A stretch of DNA of 64,000 nucleotides, taken from IMG/VR virus record IMGVR_UViG_3300050035_000086, positions 28,953 through 92,952 of that record; one strand, 5' to 3'. Under the pieces are notes generated by a model. It did not search any database and was not told the DNA's origin. It saw only the letters and a list, made by a program, of their open reading frames with translations. Shown piece after piece: positions 19,406-29,501 of this stretch. Both the position numbers and the translations under genes were made by a program. The DNA comes from a virus. Numbering within the stretch: position 1 is the stretch's first letter; each line of letters starts with the position of its first letter.

Positions 19406-20253
19406 AGTTCGTCTAGGCTCCTTACTTTAAATAGGCTCCTTACTTTAAACCCAGAAGCACGGGCGTGGCCCCCACCTCCGTAGAGCTTAGCAATCTCGGA
19501 CACGTCTAAGCCATACTCGTCTGATCGCAAACTAAAGATAGCGGAAGTTCCATCTAGGTAGAACGTCGCCCCGAACGGCTCTCCCCGGGCCAAGATGTTT
19601 CCGGCTTCGGAGCACAGAGTATAAGGCAGGTTCGCCGTCCAGACTTCATGACCTCCGATTTTGAACCGGAACTTGTTTTGAAGAAGCTCATTGATATCTT
19701 TGGTCTGCTTCTTCAAGATTATGTTTCCATACCCTTCTATCTCTCGCGCTTCGTGTGGATCTTCCAAAAGCTTACGGAGGAAGTCCCAGTTTTCAAAGTC
19801 GTACTCAGTTGCAAACAAGTAGGCCGAGATACCTTTGGTCTCTTCGAAGTGGAACCTCCACAGGTCTCTATCCTCTACGTAATTCACCAGCATCGGAATA
19901 TCTTCTACTGGGTGAAAATAATCCCAAGCCAGACGTGCGCCGGACTTCTCCATGTCGAATTTCACAGACACGTTTTCTGGGAGATCGACTAGATCAGCTT
20001 CCGCGCTCTTGTGGTGGTCCAGGATTGTGATCGATTTTGCCTTCGCGGACATCTCCAAAATCACAGGACGCTTGTAGGAGAAGTCAACAAACCAAACCTC
20101 TCTATCTGTTACATCCGGAGGGTCTTCCTGGTATTTTCCAGGATAGAATTCCCAGTCCGGATGTACTTTCCAAATTGACCAAGCTGCTGTGAACCCGTCA
20201 GCGCAGGGACTATGATAAATTACTAGAGGCGTCATGTAATCCTTTCTGTCCAT
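19402..20253 (-). CDS. DHH/DHHA1 family phosphoesterase
   Basis: YHSPCADG, VDFS, LDHH, EDRDLW, SLRS, GGGGHARASGF. Confidence 0.9.
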   Translation of the reverse strand: MDRKDYMTPLVIYHSPCADGFTAAWSIWKVHPDWEFYPGKYQEDPPDVTDREVWFVDFSYKRPVILEMSAKAKSITILDHHKSAEADLVDLPENVSVKFDMEKSGARLAWDYFHPVEDIPMLVNYVEDRDLWRFHFEETKGISAYLFATEYDFENWDFLRKLLEDPHEAREIEGYGNIILKKQTKDINELLQNKFRFKIGGHEVWTANLPYTLCSEAGNILARGEPFGATFYLDGTSAIFSLRSDEYGLDVSEIAKLYGGGGHARASGFKVRSLFKVRSLDEL

Positions 20254-20261
20254 TATCTGGA

Positions 20262-21737
20262 CTAAACCCTCGTCTGAATTGTACCAGTAACACCCCGGCG
20301 TCTGTCAACTATGTAGCTCGACAAAGCAGCATCTGATATAAACGCGTTTCTCTCGTGAAAACGGTCTGCTCCTCGGAGGGAGGACATCTGGTAGTGTGTC
20401 CCACCTGTCAACTCTTGAACAACCTCGTGGTGCAGGTGTCCGGTGAAGAAAGCACGGTAGATCGTCTCCGCCCACAACCTCGGTTCTTCCTTCGCCATTG
20501 TTGCCATGTACTGCGGAGGTTTGAGCGCCCCGTCCCCGTGGGCAAACCCCATCAACGTGTCCCCGTAGCAAGCGTATGCCCGAGTCTTGGCAGAAAACAC
20601 AACTTCTACTGCGGGATCAGCTTGGTACTTGACCTGGAGGCACTTCAGCAAAGCTAGGCTGAGCAGCCGGTCATGATTGCCCGGGACAAAAAGTATCAGG
20701 ACTGGGGCCACACTTCGAAGCATGTCAACATCTCGGAACGCAAGGTCTACGCCCTCAGAGAAAATCTGCGCAGCGGTTCCATCCAGTTCTTGCGGTGTTC
20801 CGCGAGTCGTCCCTCCTTGGTCGTTGTCAATAGTCAGAAAATCATTTCCCGAGGTGTAGATAAACTTGTCAGGTTTTCCCTTGTCTGCCACGTCCTCCAA
20901 AAGTTTCGTCCTGGCGTAGACAAGACGCTCCTCTGCTTCTTTGCGGCTGAAGTTTTCTCCGGTCTCGACTTCCCAACCCGAACCTCCGTAATGAAGTTCT
21001 CCCGCGCTGGTGACTACTGCAAACGGATTTCGAGGAGACTTCAAATTAAACACAGGAGGAGTATATGCCGGGATGAGCGTAGACAAGTGGTCCTGCAACG
21101 GAACGATAAAGTTCTGTTCAAGATCATTCCACTTCTCGGCGTCTATCTTTGTCTGGTGCCAGCGTTTCTTCTCGAATCCTTCCCATACCGCCTGCCGCCT
21201 CTGTTGGAAAGCGTCATCTGCCAAGTCATCCACTTCCCGAGCCATGACTTCTTCGCGGGTAAATGGCTCCGCTTCATGGGTCCAGCCATGCACTGCTTTA
21301 AGTTCTTGAAACTGGTCGCGGGGGATTGCAAAGCGACGACAAATTTCATTGATCGTAGAAGGCTTTCCGTCCCAATCAGAGTATGCCTTCTTCATCGACC
21401 GGAATTTGACACCGTTGATGACTAAAGGTTTAGGACGACATTTTAGGAAAGTGATGTATGTGTCAGAATCTCCATTATACACGTATTTTTCGTTTTGTAC
21501 CCACGTTCCTTCTGGCTCATCAAAGGATACCTCGTTGCTTTGAGTCGGACCGTCCTCAATAGGCCACGGTTCGGCCTCTTCATTAAGAGGGAGAGGCCGC
21601 TGGAGGATTCGGTCCACAGTCTTATGGTGGAGACCAAACTGCTTAGCGATCCAGCGATGAGACGCTTCGGGATTAAGGGTGGAGCACTCGTGTACCCGAG
21701 TCTTGAGTTCTTCTGGAACTGGTGTTGTCTTAGGCAT
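20262..21737 (-). CDS. HTH-containing calcineurin-like metallophosphoesterase
   Basis: N-terminal HTH (SHRWIAKQFGLHHKTVDRIL); ELHYG, GNDF..D, PGNHD, AHGD, GHLHH. Confidence 0.8.
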   Translation of the reverse strand: MPKTTPVPEELKTRVHECSTLNPEASHRWIAKQFGLHHKTVDRILQRPLPLNEEAEPWPIEDGPTQSNEVSFDEPEGTWVQNEKYVYNGDSDTYITFLKCRPKPLVINGVKFRSMKKAYSDWDGKPSTINEICRRFAIPRDQFQELKAVHGWTHEAEPFTREEVMAREVDDLADDAFQQRRQAVWEGFEKKRWHQTKIDAEKWNDLEQNFIVPLQDHLSTLIPAYTPPVFNLKSPRNPFAVVTSAGELHYGGSGWEVETGENFSRKEAEERLVYARTKLLEDVADKGKPDKFIYTSGNDFLTIDNDQGGTTRGTPQELDGTAAQIFSEGVDLAFRDVDMLRSVAPVLILFVPGNHDRLLSLALLKCLQVKYQADPAVEVVFSAKTRAYACYGDTLMGFAHGDGALKPPQYMATMAKEEPRLWAETIYRAFFTGHLHHEVVQELTGGTHYQMSSLRGADRFHERNAFISDAALSSYIVDRRRGVTGTIQTRV

Positions 21738-22186
21738 TACTTAGTCTCCTTTTGAATCTCTTCCAGCATCCACAAAGCAGTCATTGTTTCCCCGTCTTGC
21801 AAACCATAAGTGTAGGTTGTAAGATCTTCCGTAGCGATGTGTCGAGTCATATCTCGGGCCGCTCTGACTTTCAGTTTGGTAAGGATTTCGTCCGAGAGTT
21901 TTATACGGGGGTCTTCGTCCAGATAACGGACAAATTCATCAGAATATTCAGACCACGCATCTGTTACCCATGTAGTTCGAAAAAGTCCTATCAAACGAGG
22001 TTTGAACGTCCTTTTAATAACCGCTACACCAGATCGCAGGCCGCAAGTCGAACACACTTCTTCTTCGTCTGACCCGATAAACTGGTGCCACGAAACAGAT
22101 TGAACGTGCCCGTTGGCACAAGCAAACCCAATTCTGTATGTTATCTCTGGATCGGGTTTAGGCGGGGAAGGCTTAAACCAACTCAT
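21737..22186 (-). CDS. Hypothetical protein (possible Zn ribbon)
   Basis: CANGH...CSTC; GGAGG RBS. Confidence 0.55.
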   Translation of the reverse strand: MSWFKPSPPKPDPEITYRIGFACANGHVQSVSWHQFIGSDEEEVCSTCGLRSGVAVIKRTFKPRLIGLFRTTWVTDAWSEYSDEFVRYLDEDPRIKLSDEILTKLKVRAARDMTRHIATEDLTTYTYGLQDGETMTALWMLEEIQKETK

Positions 22187-22528
22187 GCTTCCTCCTCGTA
22201 TTCCGACCTGAAATATCTCAAACTACCTAATCCTCGCTCAATAATAAGTCTCTCTTTAAGAAGAGAAACTATTTCTCGGCGAAGAGCCAATGTTTTAGTC
22301 AGATTTTCTACTTTCCTCTGGGTGAGGAATAGTTCAGCTTCTCTGAGAATATTCATTTCTCCTCCTCTTCAATATCAGCCTTCTCAGTAATCAAGAGGGC
22401 TACTCCTACTAGCGCGGAGAACCCGCCCAGCAGCCAGGAACGTTGGATAAAGGCTTCTACCGCCGCTGCCCCAAATACAGAGGCGAGGATGGCTTCTACC
22501 GTTCGGCGTTCGAGTTTGATTTCGTGCA

Positions 22529-22738
22529 TCATCGGCCCTCCGCAAAATAAACGACAATTCCCAGCAGAAGAATGAAGAGGAAAACCGCGAGGAAGATGCC
22601 AGCTCCGATCCAGATGGGGCTTAGCACCCACCACCAACTCCACGTAATAAACCCCACTAGCTTGAGGGTAACGAAGATTAGGGTAAGCCATCCGCCGAGA
22701 CCCACTCCTTGGTAAGAATTTACTGTTACGTTGCTCAT
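22529..22738 (-). CDS. Small phage membrane protein
   Basis: LTLIFVTLKLVGFITWSWWWVLSPIW, a motif common in phage membrane proteins. Confidence 0.7.
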   Translation of the reverse strand: MSNVTVNSYQGVGLGGWLTLIFVTLKLVGFITWSWWWVLSPIWIGAGIFLAVFLFILLLGIVVYFAEGR

Positions 22739-22883
22739 GCTGTCTCCTTGTGCTCTTCACAGCGCGCTGATCGAGAGGATAGATCGGCACCGCCTCTCTT
22801 GTCTTTCTTGAAAGCCCAGACGGTTGCGGGTTGTTGACAAACGGAGCACTTACGAGGTGTCGAGTATTCTGAAATTGGTTTAG

Positions 22884-23351
22884 TCATTTTGTCTCCTGTC
22901 CAGATAATGGACTTCCCTTCTGAAAGTTTTCGAGGTAGTCTGCGGCAGCACGTAGAAGTCGTGGATCGTCGCCAAACTTTTGAATCCCCGAATTTATTTG
23001 GTACGAAAGGAGCCCACGGACGCTCGCACGGAGTAGGTCTCTCTTGACCTTTCGAATCACAAGTGATTTCTTCGCGTTGAAACCAACAAATTCAGACCCG
23101 TTATATGTTGCGACCGCTTCCCACCCCTCCTTGAGCTTGGTGGTCTCGATCTTGACCTTCTTCCATGAGTGGTCATGGTCAACATGCAGACGCCGAGTTC
23201 CTGCGGGTTTTCCGCTTACCCAGCAAAGCCCGTTGCTCCTTCTAGCCATCTCATCGTACTCGCGAAGAGTGATATTGTATGTCTTTTGGAGTCGGCGGTC
23301 GGCCTCCTTGTCGAGTTGTACTTTGGTCTTATGCTTTACTTTTCGTGTCAT
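22884..23351 (-). CDS. Recombination endonuclease VII-like protein (degenerate Zn ligands)
   Basis: YNITLREYDEM...LHVDHDH...VRGLL...N.GI..F.DD...LRAAADYL. Confidence 0.75.
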   Translation of the reverse strand: MTRKVKHKTKVQLDKEADRRLQKTYNITLREYDEMARRSNGLCWVSGKPAGTRRLHVDHDHSWKKVKIETTKLKEGWEAVATYNGSEFVGFNAKKSLVIRKVKRDLLRASVRGLLSYQINSGIQKFGDDPRLLRAAADYLENFQKGSPLSGQETK

Positions 23352-23682
23352 AAACTTCCTTTCGAACAACGCCACTGGGCCGGAGACGTGACGCTCCAAA
23401 TCTGTTTCATCGGCTTTCCACATGCCGGACAAAAAGGCGGTTGGTCGCTTATCTTGACCAGCTTCTCCGCCTTCTCTCCGCAGTATACGCATTGGTAGTT
23501 GTAAACCGGCATTTAGAACACCCTCGCAAGAGTATATCCAATTGAGGCCCCTACCAAAAGTCCAGCAATTGCCTCCCACCAACCAAAGTGGTAAACTTCG
23601 GTGGAGATCAAAGCAGAATGAATCTCCTCCATCTTTTCGTACAGCTCTTTGACAGTCAGTCTTTTCCTAGCCATGTTACCTC

Positions 23683-23889
23683 CTACTCGTTTTTCCAAAT
23701 GGTGGTAATTTCCACATCGCGTCCATCTTGGTAGTCCCCGAGTATGGAAATGAAATCTTCTACCTTCAGCTTTTTGGCCTCCACTAAGGCGGCGTCCCAA
23801 TCTTCCGCACCAATTTCTACCCCAACGTCAACCGATATTCTGCCGGTAATACTGAAGGTCTTCAATTTAGAAGCTGTTTTTGTTGCCAT
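23683..23889 (-). CDS. Hypothetical protein
   Basis: AGGAG RBS, coupled in the operon. Confidence 0.55.
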   Translation of the reverse strand: MATKTASKLKTFSITGRISVDVGVEIGAEDWDAALVEAKKLKVEDFISILGDYQDGRDVEITTIWKNE

Positions 23890-23897
23890 GTTTCTCC

Positions 23898-24269
23898 TTA
23901 TTTGACGAACACAAGTCCGCCAATGGTTGTGGTAATGTTATACCCTTTAGGCAATGAAGACTCGTCCAGTTCGGGTTTGGGGGCAAAGTAGATAGCCCCT
24001 CCGGTTACGTCCGACACCAGCTTCGAGGTAACCGAATCGATCCTGGACAGTAGCTGCTGGAACTGAGGGTCTCTCGTGTCGGGAAACTCGCCCGGGTTTT
24101 CTTCGAGCCAACGCCAACAGTTTTCATAGAGGTCTCCGTCATACCAACCAGCCGCTGCCCGATTCAGGAACACTTGGCAGACCGCCAGCATTGTCTGGTG
24201 GAGTTCTGTCTTGGCGGCGCGCCAACAAGCAAGGGCTACTTGACTCTGTTTGAAGTCTGTCCCGGTCAC
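23898..24269 (-). CDS. SleB/Hydrolase_2-like cell-wall hydrolase homologue
   Basis: MLAVCQVFLNR and DVTGGAIYF. The catalytic Glu position appears to be Ala. Confidence 0.55.
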   Translation of the reverse strand: MTGTDFKQSQVALACWRAAKTELHQTMLAVCQVFLNRAAAGWYDGDLYENCWRWLEENPGEFPDTRDPQFQQLLSRIDSVTSKLVSDVTGGAIYFAPKPELDESSLPKGYNITTTIGGLVFVK

Positions 24270-24583
24270 TGACCCTCCTGTCCATTATCTGGACTCGGCT
24301 CCGTCCAAGGTTCAACTGGTTTCCGTGTGGAAATATCCACCACCGGGGTCTGCTTGATATCGTACCCAAGCGGAAGGAAGTACATCGCCGCGTGTAGTTG
24401 GCAGCAGAAGGACTTCGTAACTCCTCCCTGGTTGAAGATTACTAGGTACTGAGCTTCGGAAGGAGCCTGCGCTTTTCCACTTTCAACATCATCCTTACAC
24501 CATTGTATCCGAAGAGCGGCGTTTTGTCCAGCTTTACATTCTGGATAATCACAAATAACTTCGATTGTGTTTCGAATGCCCAT
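24266..24583 (-). CDS. Hypothetical Cys-rich protein
   Basis: CDYPEC...FCCQLH; GGAGG RBS. Confidence 0.55.
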   Translation of the reverse strand: MGIRNTIEVICDYPECKAGQNAALRIQWCKDDVESGKAQAPSEAQYLVIFNQGGVTKSFCCQLHAAMYFLPLGYDIKQTPVVDISTRKPVEPWTEPSPDNGQEGQ

Positions 24584-24591
24584 TATCCCTC

Positions 24592-24975
24592 CTAATATTT
24601 CTTCCCATTAGCCTTCATCCGGTTCTCCCGCTTGTGGTCTTCGCGAGTCTTATTGTATTCCAATTTCTCCGCGTAAGCCCCACCCAGGTCCATCCCCAGT
24701 CCAGCAGCAATATCAAAGATTCGGATGACGGCGTCAGCAAGCTCTACTTCAATCATTTTCCGGTGAGGAAGGTGGTCATCCATCAAGTTCTTCCGATGTC
24801 CCTCCATCGCCTCGCTAATTTCGCTGTGGACTAGACATAGAAGTTCTCCCACATTTCGTTCGGTCGGTTTTCCAGTTTCCAAATCTACCCACCACTTTTG
24901 ATTAATCTCGTGAACTTCCTGGGCGAGATCGTTTATGATCGCTGCTGCAAACTTTACTTGATAGTCTTCTGACAT
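24592..24975 (-). CDS. MazG-like nucleotide pyrophosphohydrolase
   Basis: LVHSEISEAMEG...ELADAVIRIFD...KLEYNKTR. Confidence 0.85.
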   Translation of the reverse strand: MSEDYQVKFAAAIINDLAQEVHEINQKWWVDLETGKPTERNVGELLCLVHSEISEAMEGHRKNLMDDHLPHRKMIEVELADAVIRIFDIAAGLGMDLGGAYAEKLEYNKTREDHKRENRMKANGKKY

Positions 24976-25487
24976 TATTCCACCTCGAAATATTTCTTCA
25001 GATTTTTGATCCCGCTATCTACTAGGTTCGCTACCTGTCTGCGGCTGATTCCAAAATCTCCGGCGGTCTCTCGCTGTGACTTCCCGTCTACGAACACGTT
25101 GTAGATTACTCTGTACTCATCCAAAGGAAGACTATAAATAGCCCCATACAATTCTTCGTCTGAGACCTCTGCAACCGGCTGCGGTATCTTCTCAGCTTGG
25201 TGCATAATCTTGGGCAAGGAGAGCGACACCAGCCGGGGTCCGGGATCTTCCTTGGTGCGCTGTGGGTGCTGCCCAGTTCGCCACAAGTCTGTGATCCGGC
25301 TTCGGCAAATTCGAGCGGCGTAAGCCTCTCCTTTTCCCTTGTCTATACCTTTTTGAACGTGATACTTCTTTTCAAGCAAGGCTACGTAGCACTCCTGGCT
25401 CAGGTCTTCCCTCTGATCGGCGGGGATTTTAAGCCGCGAAAGAACTCGCTCGATTACCGATTTGTATTTAAGAACGTCAATGTCCAT
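24975..25487 (-). CDS. ECF-like RNA polymerase sigma factor
   Basis: REDLSQECYVAL (region 2); AIYSLP...GKSQRETAGDFGISRRQV...IKNLK (region 4 HTH). Confidence 0.8.
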   Translation of the reverse strand: MDIDVLKYKSVIERVLSRLKIPADQREDLSQECYVALLEKKYHVQKGIDKGKGEAYAARICRSRITDLWRTGQHPQRTKEDPGPRLVSLSLPKIMHQAEKIPQPVAEVSDEELYGAIYSLPLDEYRVIYNVFVDGKSQRETAGDFGISRRQVANLVDSGIKNLKKYFEVE

Positions 25488-25488
25488 T

Positions 25489-25893
25489 TTATTCCTTGGG
25501 ACTCAATTTTGCTGTTTGCCATCTTCTGTCTTTGTGTGCCGCATCTGGCCCCGTTTGATGGCATGACCGGCATAGTGCCTCACAATTTGTTAAACTTACT
25601 TCCCCACCAGACCCCTTCGGGACCCTTTCGTTCATCTCACCACTTACCCAAGTGATTGTTCTTCCACACTTTTCGCACTCGAAGTTTCCAGATAATGGAT
25701 TCCAACACCTACGGAATACTTGCTTACGAATTCCCCCCACTGCCTCCGCCTTGGTCATTTCTACCGTGGGGTAGTTCAACCGCTGCTTGTCTCGGAAGAT
25801 ACGAATTGGGAGACCGGTTTCGCCGAGTTCTACGCGGACGGTTTTAGTCATATCGATAATCCCTTTGTCCCAAGTACGTTCGGATTTCAGCAT
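25489..25893 (-). CDS. HNH-like endonuclease
   Basis: CEKCG...PKGSGG...NCEALCRSCH. First His motif is degenerate (EMNE). True start is probably about 25852. Confidence 0.6.
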   Translation of the reverse strand: MLKSERTWDKGIIDMTKTVRVELGETGLPIRIFRDKQRLNYPTVEMTKAEAVGGIRKQVFRRCWNPLSGNFECEKCGRTITWVSGEMNERVPKGSGGEVSLTNCEALCRSCHQTGPDAAHKDRRWQTAKLSPKE

Positions 25894-26220
25894 CTACCGT
25901 TCGAGAAATATAGTCTCCAACCCAGTCACCAAATGTTATGAGGCGTCCATCTTCCGTTTCAATAGGTGGCATCGAATCCAGATACTTGAAAACCTGCTCG
26001 GGTGTCGATCTAATGCGGTACATTTCCCGGTCAATCATTCATACTCCTTATTACCCCAAATACCAGACATATCCCATATAGTTGGAGTTGTTTGCTTTCT
26101 GGAAATATATTTTGGGTAAGAACAAAGTTAAGAGCTAAGAGGACAAAGAACAACGATCCGGAGTCCGCCAGAACACGAGAGGTGTGCCTAAGCACTCCAG
26201 AAACCCCCGCTAAAATGGAA

Positions 26221-26949
26221 TCAGTTTTTGACATCGCTTAGTTCTCCTCTCCAAGTTGAAACCGATTCTCGAACTGCCGCTAAGAATACCTGTTTGTGCA
26301 ACTCATGCTCCGACTCGGACGTGATCTCCAGCACTTGTTTCCCCAACTTCCAGAACTCGTCTATCTCTTTTCTCTCGTCTGGCGTAGCGTAGAACCCGGG
26401 AAGCTCCAACCAAAGCCCAGAGGGAAGCTCGTGGACATGAAGAAGCTCATTTACCTTGACCCGAAGCTGGGCTGCTGTTACTTTGGGGCGAAGAGCGTAG
26501 TCCATTATCTGGACAGTATAGCATCCGTTTCCATCACCATCTTCATTATCCGTATCGTTGATTTCTGCGTGTACGTTTCCGTCGTTCTGGACCAGTCGTC
26601 TCAATTCATGAGCTTTAGTAATCCCAATCTCTTCCAACTTGCTCTCAGAAATATGCGGAAGCAAAACTTCAGCTACAGACAGTATAGCATACAATTGTGA
26701 CCTACGTCTATCTATTTTTTCGCGAATCGTCTCCAAGTAGGAAGAAAACCGGTCAAAACCGTAGGCTATCCAGTACTGCTGTAGCTTTACCTCCCGGAGA
26801 AGAGAACCGAGGCGGGCATAGGAATGGGAAAGTCTCTCTTCGTGGGAGCATATCTGACCGATGAGTGCATCAATTTCCTTTCCTTTTACGAGAGCGTCTT
26901 CCTGGTTTAGAGGAGGAAGGTAGGAAGGTATTGTCTGAATTTCGTTCAT
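26221..26949 (-). CDS. Hypothetical protein
   Basis: 242 aa, coupled to dnaN. LG..L.EVK...W..YGF..F..YL motif seen in phage proteins. Confidence 0.6.
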   Translation of the reverse strand: MNEIQTIPSYLPPLNQEDALVKGKEIDALIGQICSHEERLSHSYARLGSLLREVKLQQYWIAYGFDRFSSYLETIREKIDRRRSQLYAILSVAEVLLPHISESKLEEIGITKAHELRRLVQNDGNVHAEINDTDNEDGDGNGCYTVQIMDYALRPKVTAAQLRVKVNELLHVHELPSGLWLELPGFYATPDERKEIDEFWKLGKQVLEITSESEHELHKQVFLAAVRESVSTWRGELSDVKN

Positions 26950-28028
26950 TACTTCGTCTCCTTCTTCCCCGCCATCGGCATTACCAAAGTAGTCATATTT
27001 CCGGATTCCAGACGTATCGGCTTGTTCTTGTCTACTAGACCCAAAGTAGCCTCTTCCCCCGCTTTTGCCAAGAATGCGGACAGATACTTGGCCTTAACCC
27101 TCAGATTCGAGACAGTTACCGGCTGAAACAAGGGGTCCGGGTCGATCTGTTCGTAGGGCGCTTCGTCTGAGGCGGTTGATCCTACTCCAGTATTTCTATA
27201 TTGTACCACACCTTCGGCGAATTGTAAATCTATTCCTCCTTGATCTATAGATTCGTCAATTAAAGTCTCAACCGTACGGAGAGCAGCTACCCACTCCTCC
27301 GTCTTGAATCCGAACTTGAGCTTCGAAGGAATTGCCAGAAGCCCGTCAAAATTCGGGAACGTCTGGGTCGGTTTGGAAGCGAATACGCGGATTCCTCCCG
27401 ACTGGGCGTACAGGTGCGTATTGGATTCCCCGAGGGAGATCGTACCGTCCATTATCTGGACTATTGCAGCCGCCGGGAGATTCAACGTCATCTTGAATTC
27501 GAACGGGACTGAGTTGCCCACGGTCGCCACGGTAAGCACGTTCGCGTCTGTCCCCACAATTCGATAGCCGGATGGAGATTCTTCCTCGATACCCAAAGGC
27601 AGGCTCTGGAGCAGGACAACACCGCCGAACGCCGAAGCCTTATTAGGAGACGCCGAAGCAACAGCAATAGACAGGGCCTTCTTGAGATCGACAGAAGCCA
27701 GTTCCAGGACCTTGGTAGGAGGCTCGGGAATCTTGAGAGGCTTGATATCCTGGATTTCCAATTCGATCTTCGCGCGCGCCGACTTCAGAGACAGGAGCTT
27801 CTCTTCCTTGGCGATCTCGACTTGTCCGGACATTCGACCTACGACCTGAGAAAGCTTCTTTCCGTTGACCGAGAAAGTTCCCCCTAGTCCGGATAATGGA
27901 CTTTCTGAGACAACCCAAATGTCACTATCCTGGGCGCTTATGCCGTGCTCTCCGATTTGGTAGAACTCGGTACGAACCGGCGAGAACACCCTAAGACTTT
28001 TCTTTAGCTCTGTGGCGACTATGTTCAC
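26949..28028 (-). CDS. dnaN: DNA polymerase III beta sliding clamp homologue
   Basis: 359 aa; IVGTD, FPNFDGL, KYL..FL, PIRL...TLVMPM C-terminus. Confidence 0.75.
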   Translation of the reverse strand: MNIVATELKKSLRVFSPVRTEFYQIGEHGISAQDSDIWVVSESPLSGLGGTFSVNGKKLSQVVGRMSGQVEIAKEEKLLSLKSARAKIELEIQDIKPLKIPEPPTKVLELASVDLKKALSIAVASASPNKASAFGGVVLLQSLPLGIEEESPSGYRIVGTDANVLTVATVGNSVPFEFKMTLNLPAAAIVQIMDGTISLGESNTHLYAQSGGIRVFASKPTQTFPNFDGLLAIPSKLKFGFKTEEWVAALRTVETLIDESIDQGGIDLQFAEGVVQYRNTGVGSTASDEAPYEQIDPDPLFQPVTVSNLRVKAKYLSAFLAKAGEEATLGLVDKNKPIRLESGNMTTLVMPMAGKKETK

Positions 28029-28313
28029 TGATTATCCCTTTCATATCTTGCTTCTTCTAGCCACCCTTCAACCGGCATAGAGAATCGAGTGAGTCGGTCC
28101 CTAGATTCGTTGCATAATTCTAAGGCTCGAAATAGAAGATCTCTATCTGGACTGCCGAGAGATTCTTCTCTGTAGATCATTTTCTGAATCTCAGACAACG
28201 GCTTTCCAAATAGGGTGTTCCCAGGGTCGGACATAATCTCTTCTATAAGTCTTTCGCGTGATCGAAAGCTACCCAGCGATGCGTTGCCCACATTTTCTCG
28301 ATCTCCTAAATCC

Positions 28314-29501
28314 TCATTCAAACCCATTTGGGTCCTCCTCTTCGTGGTTTGTATCCAACACTTTGGATTGTAACATACTGTCCATCCAATCCGCAATCTT
28401 TAAATGCTCCTCGGCGGTGCCGTCGTTTTTGAGCAGGTTTGCGCGATACGAAATAACAACAACGTTACCTTTAAAATATCCCAGAGAAGAATCAATTCTG
28501 TCGAGAGTCGGCGAATAACTTTCTAGTCGCCCAACCCCTCTCCGCAAAATCCAACCGAAAACGGGACATATTCTCGGTATTTGTATATCTTCTTTGGTAA
28601 GTTCAAACAACAAATCTCGATCTTTGGCTCTTCTCTTCGCGTTATGGTACATACTGACTACAATTTGCTTAACTTCCTTACTAAGCGACAAAAACTCCCC
28701 CGAAGGGTGCCCGGAAGACATCCATTCTGAAATTCTTCTGTGTTCCTCCGCAGTTCCACTATTTTTGATTCGATTAGCTCTATTCGAAATTACAAATATG
28801 TTGTCAGGAACGTATCCCATGTTAGGAATAAAGCGATCCAAAGAAGGAGAATTATCCCCAGAAACCCCCCGCGCGCGGCGAATAGGTATCCCAAGAACTG
28901 GACACGTAGCCGGAACTGATATATCATCCTCCGTGATTGAAAAAGGAATAAAGAATTTTTCGGCTCTTGTTTTTGCACCATCTACCAACCCCTTCTCTAG
29001 GTGCGTGTCTTCGTACACGTCCTGATAAAGTTTCATGTACCTTTTGTGTTCAGGGGTTTGTTGCCTCTCTCTGTTTCTCTGTTTTGTGGACTCTTTTTGC
29101 CTATAATCGCGCTGAGCTTTCTTACTCTGGGGTGTATTTCTGTACGCCCCTTGATACTCCCGCATGTACTCGATACGGTTTTGAGTCTCTCGGTATTTCT
29201 TTTGGCATGTCTTGCAGCTACTGCATTTTCCATCTTCTTTGGTTGTATCTCGGCTAAAATTCATTAGCTCTTGGGACTCTCCGCAGGTTCCGCATACTTT
29301 AAACAGAGCCTGCCCAAGAGGCGCGGCAAGCAATAGGTTATTTTTCTTCCTGTTTCTTTCGGCGCGCTCTGCGTCAGATTCTTTTTGGCACTCCTTACAT
29401 CTTGCTTGCAGTCCATCTTTAGCTTTTCTGTTTTTAGAAAAGCATTCTACTTTCTTGGATTTTCCGCAAGTACAACATGATTTTTCTGCTTTTTGGATCA
29501 T
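28314..29501 (-). CDS. Homing endonuclease with duplicated Zn fingers and duplicated HNH domains
   Basis: Two CxxC..K....F......DG....CKxC fingers; two CPV.G...SP.LDR....GY...N..VIS.RAN..KN domains. Confidence 0.85.
   Translation of the reverse strand: MIQKAEKSCCTCGKSKKVECFSKNRKAKDGLQARCKECQKESDAERAERNRKKNNLLLAAPLGQALFKVCGTCGESQELMNFSRDTTKEDGKCSSCKTCQKKYRETQNRIEYMREYQGAYRNTPQSKKAQRDYRQKESTKQRNRERQQTPEHKRYMKLYQDVYEDTHLEKGLVDGAKTRAEKFFIPFSITEDDISVPATCPVLGIPIRRARGVSGDNSPSLDRFIPNMGYVPDNIFVISNRANRIKNSGTAEEHRRISEWMSSGHPSGEFLSLSKEVKQIVVSMYHNAKRRAKDRDLLFELTKEDIQIPRICPVFGWILRRGVGRLESYSPTLDRIDSSLGYFKGNVVVISYRANLLKNDGTAEEHLKIADWMDSMLQSKVLDTNHEEEDPNGFE

Noticed and set aside
20673-21425. Long antisense ORFs (e.g. 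20673-21425, 54475-55110, 43556-44074)
   Set aside because: Shadows of well-supported genes on the opposite strand, with no recognisable motifs.
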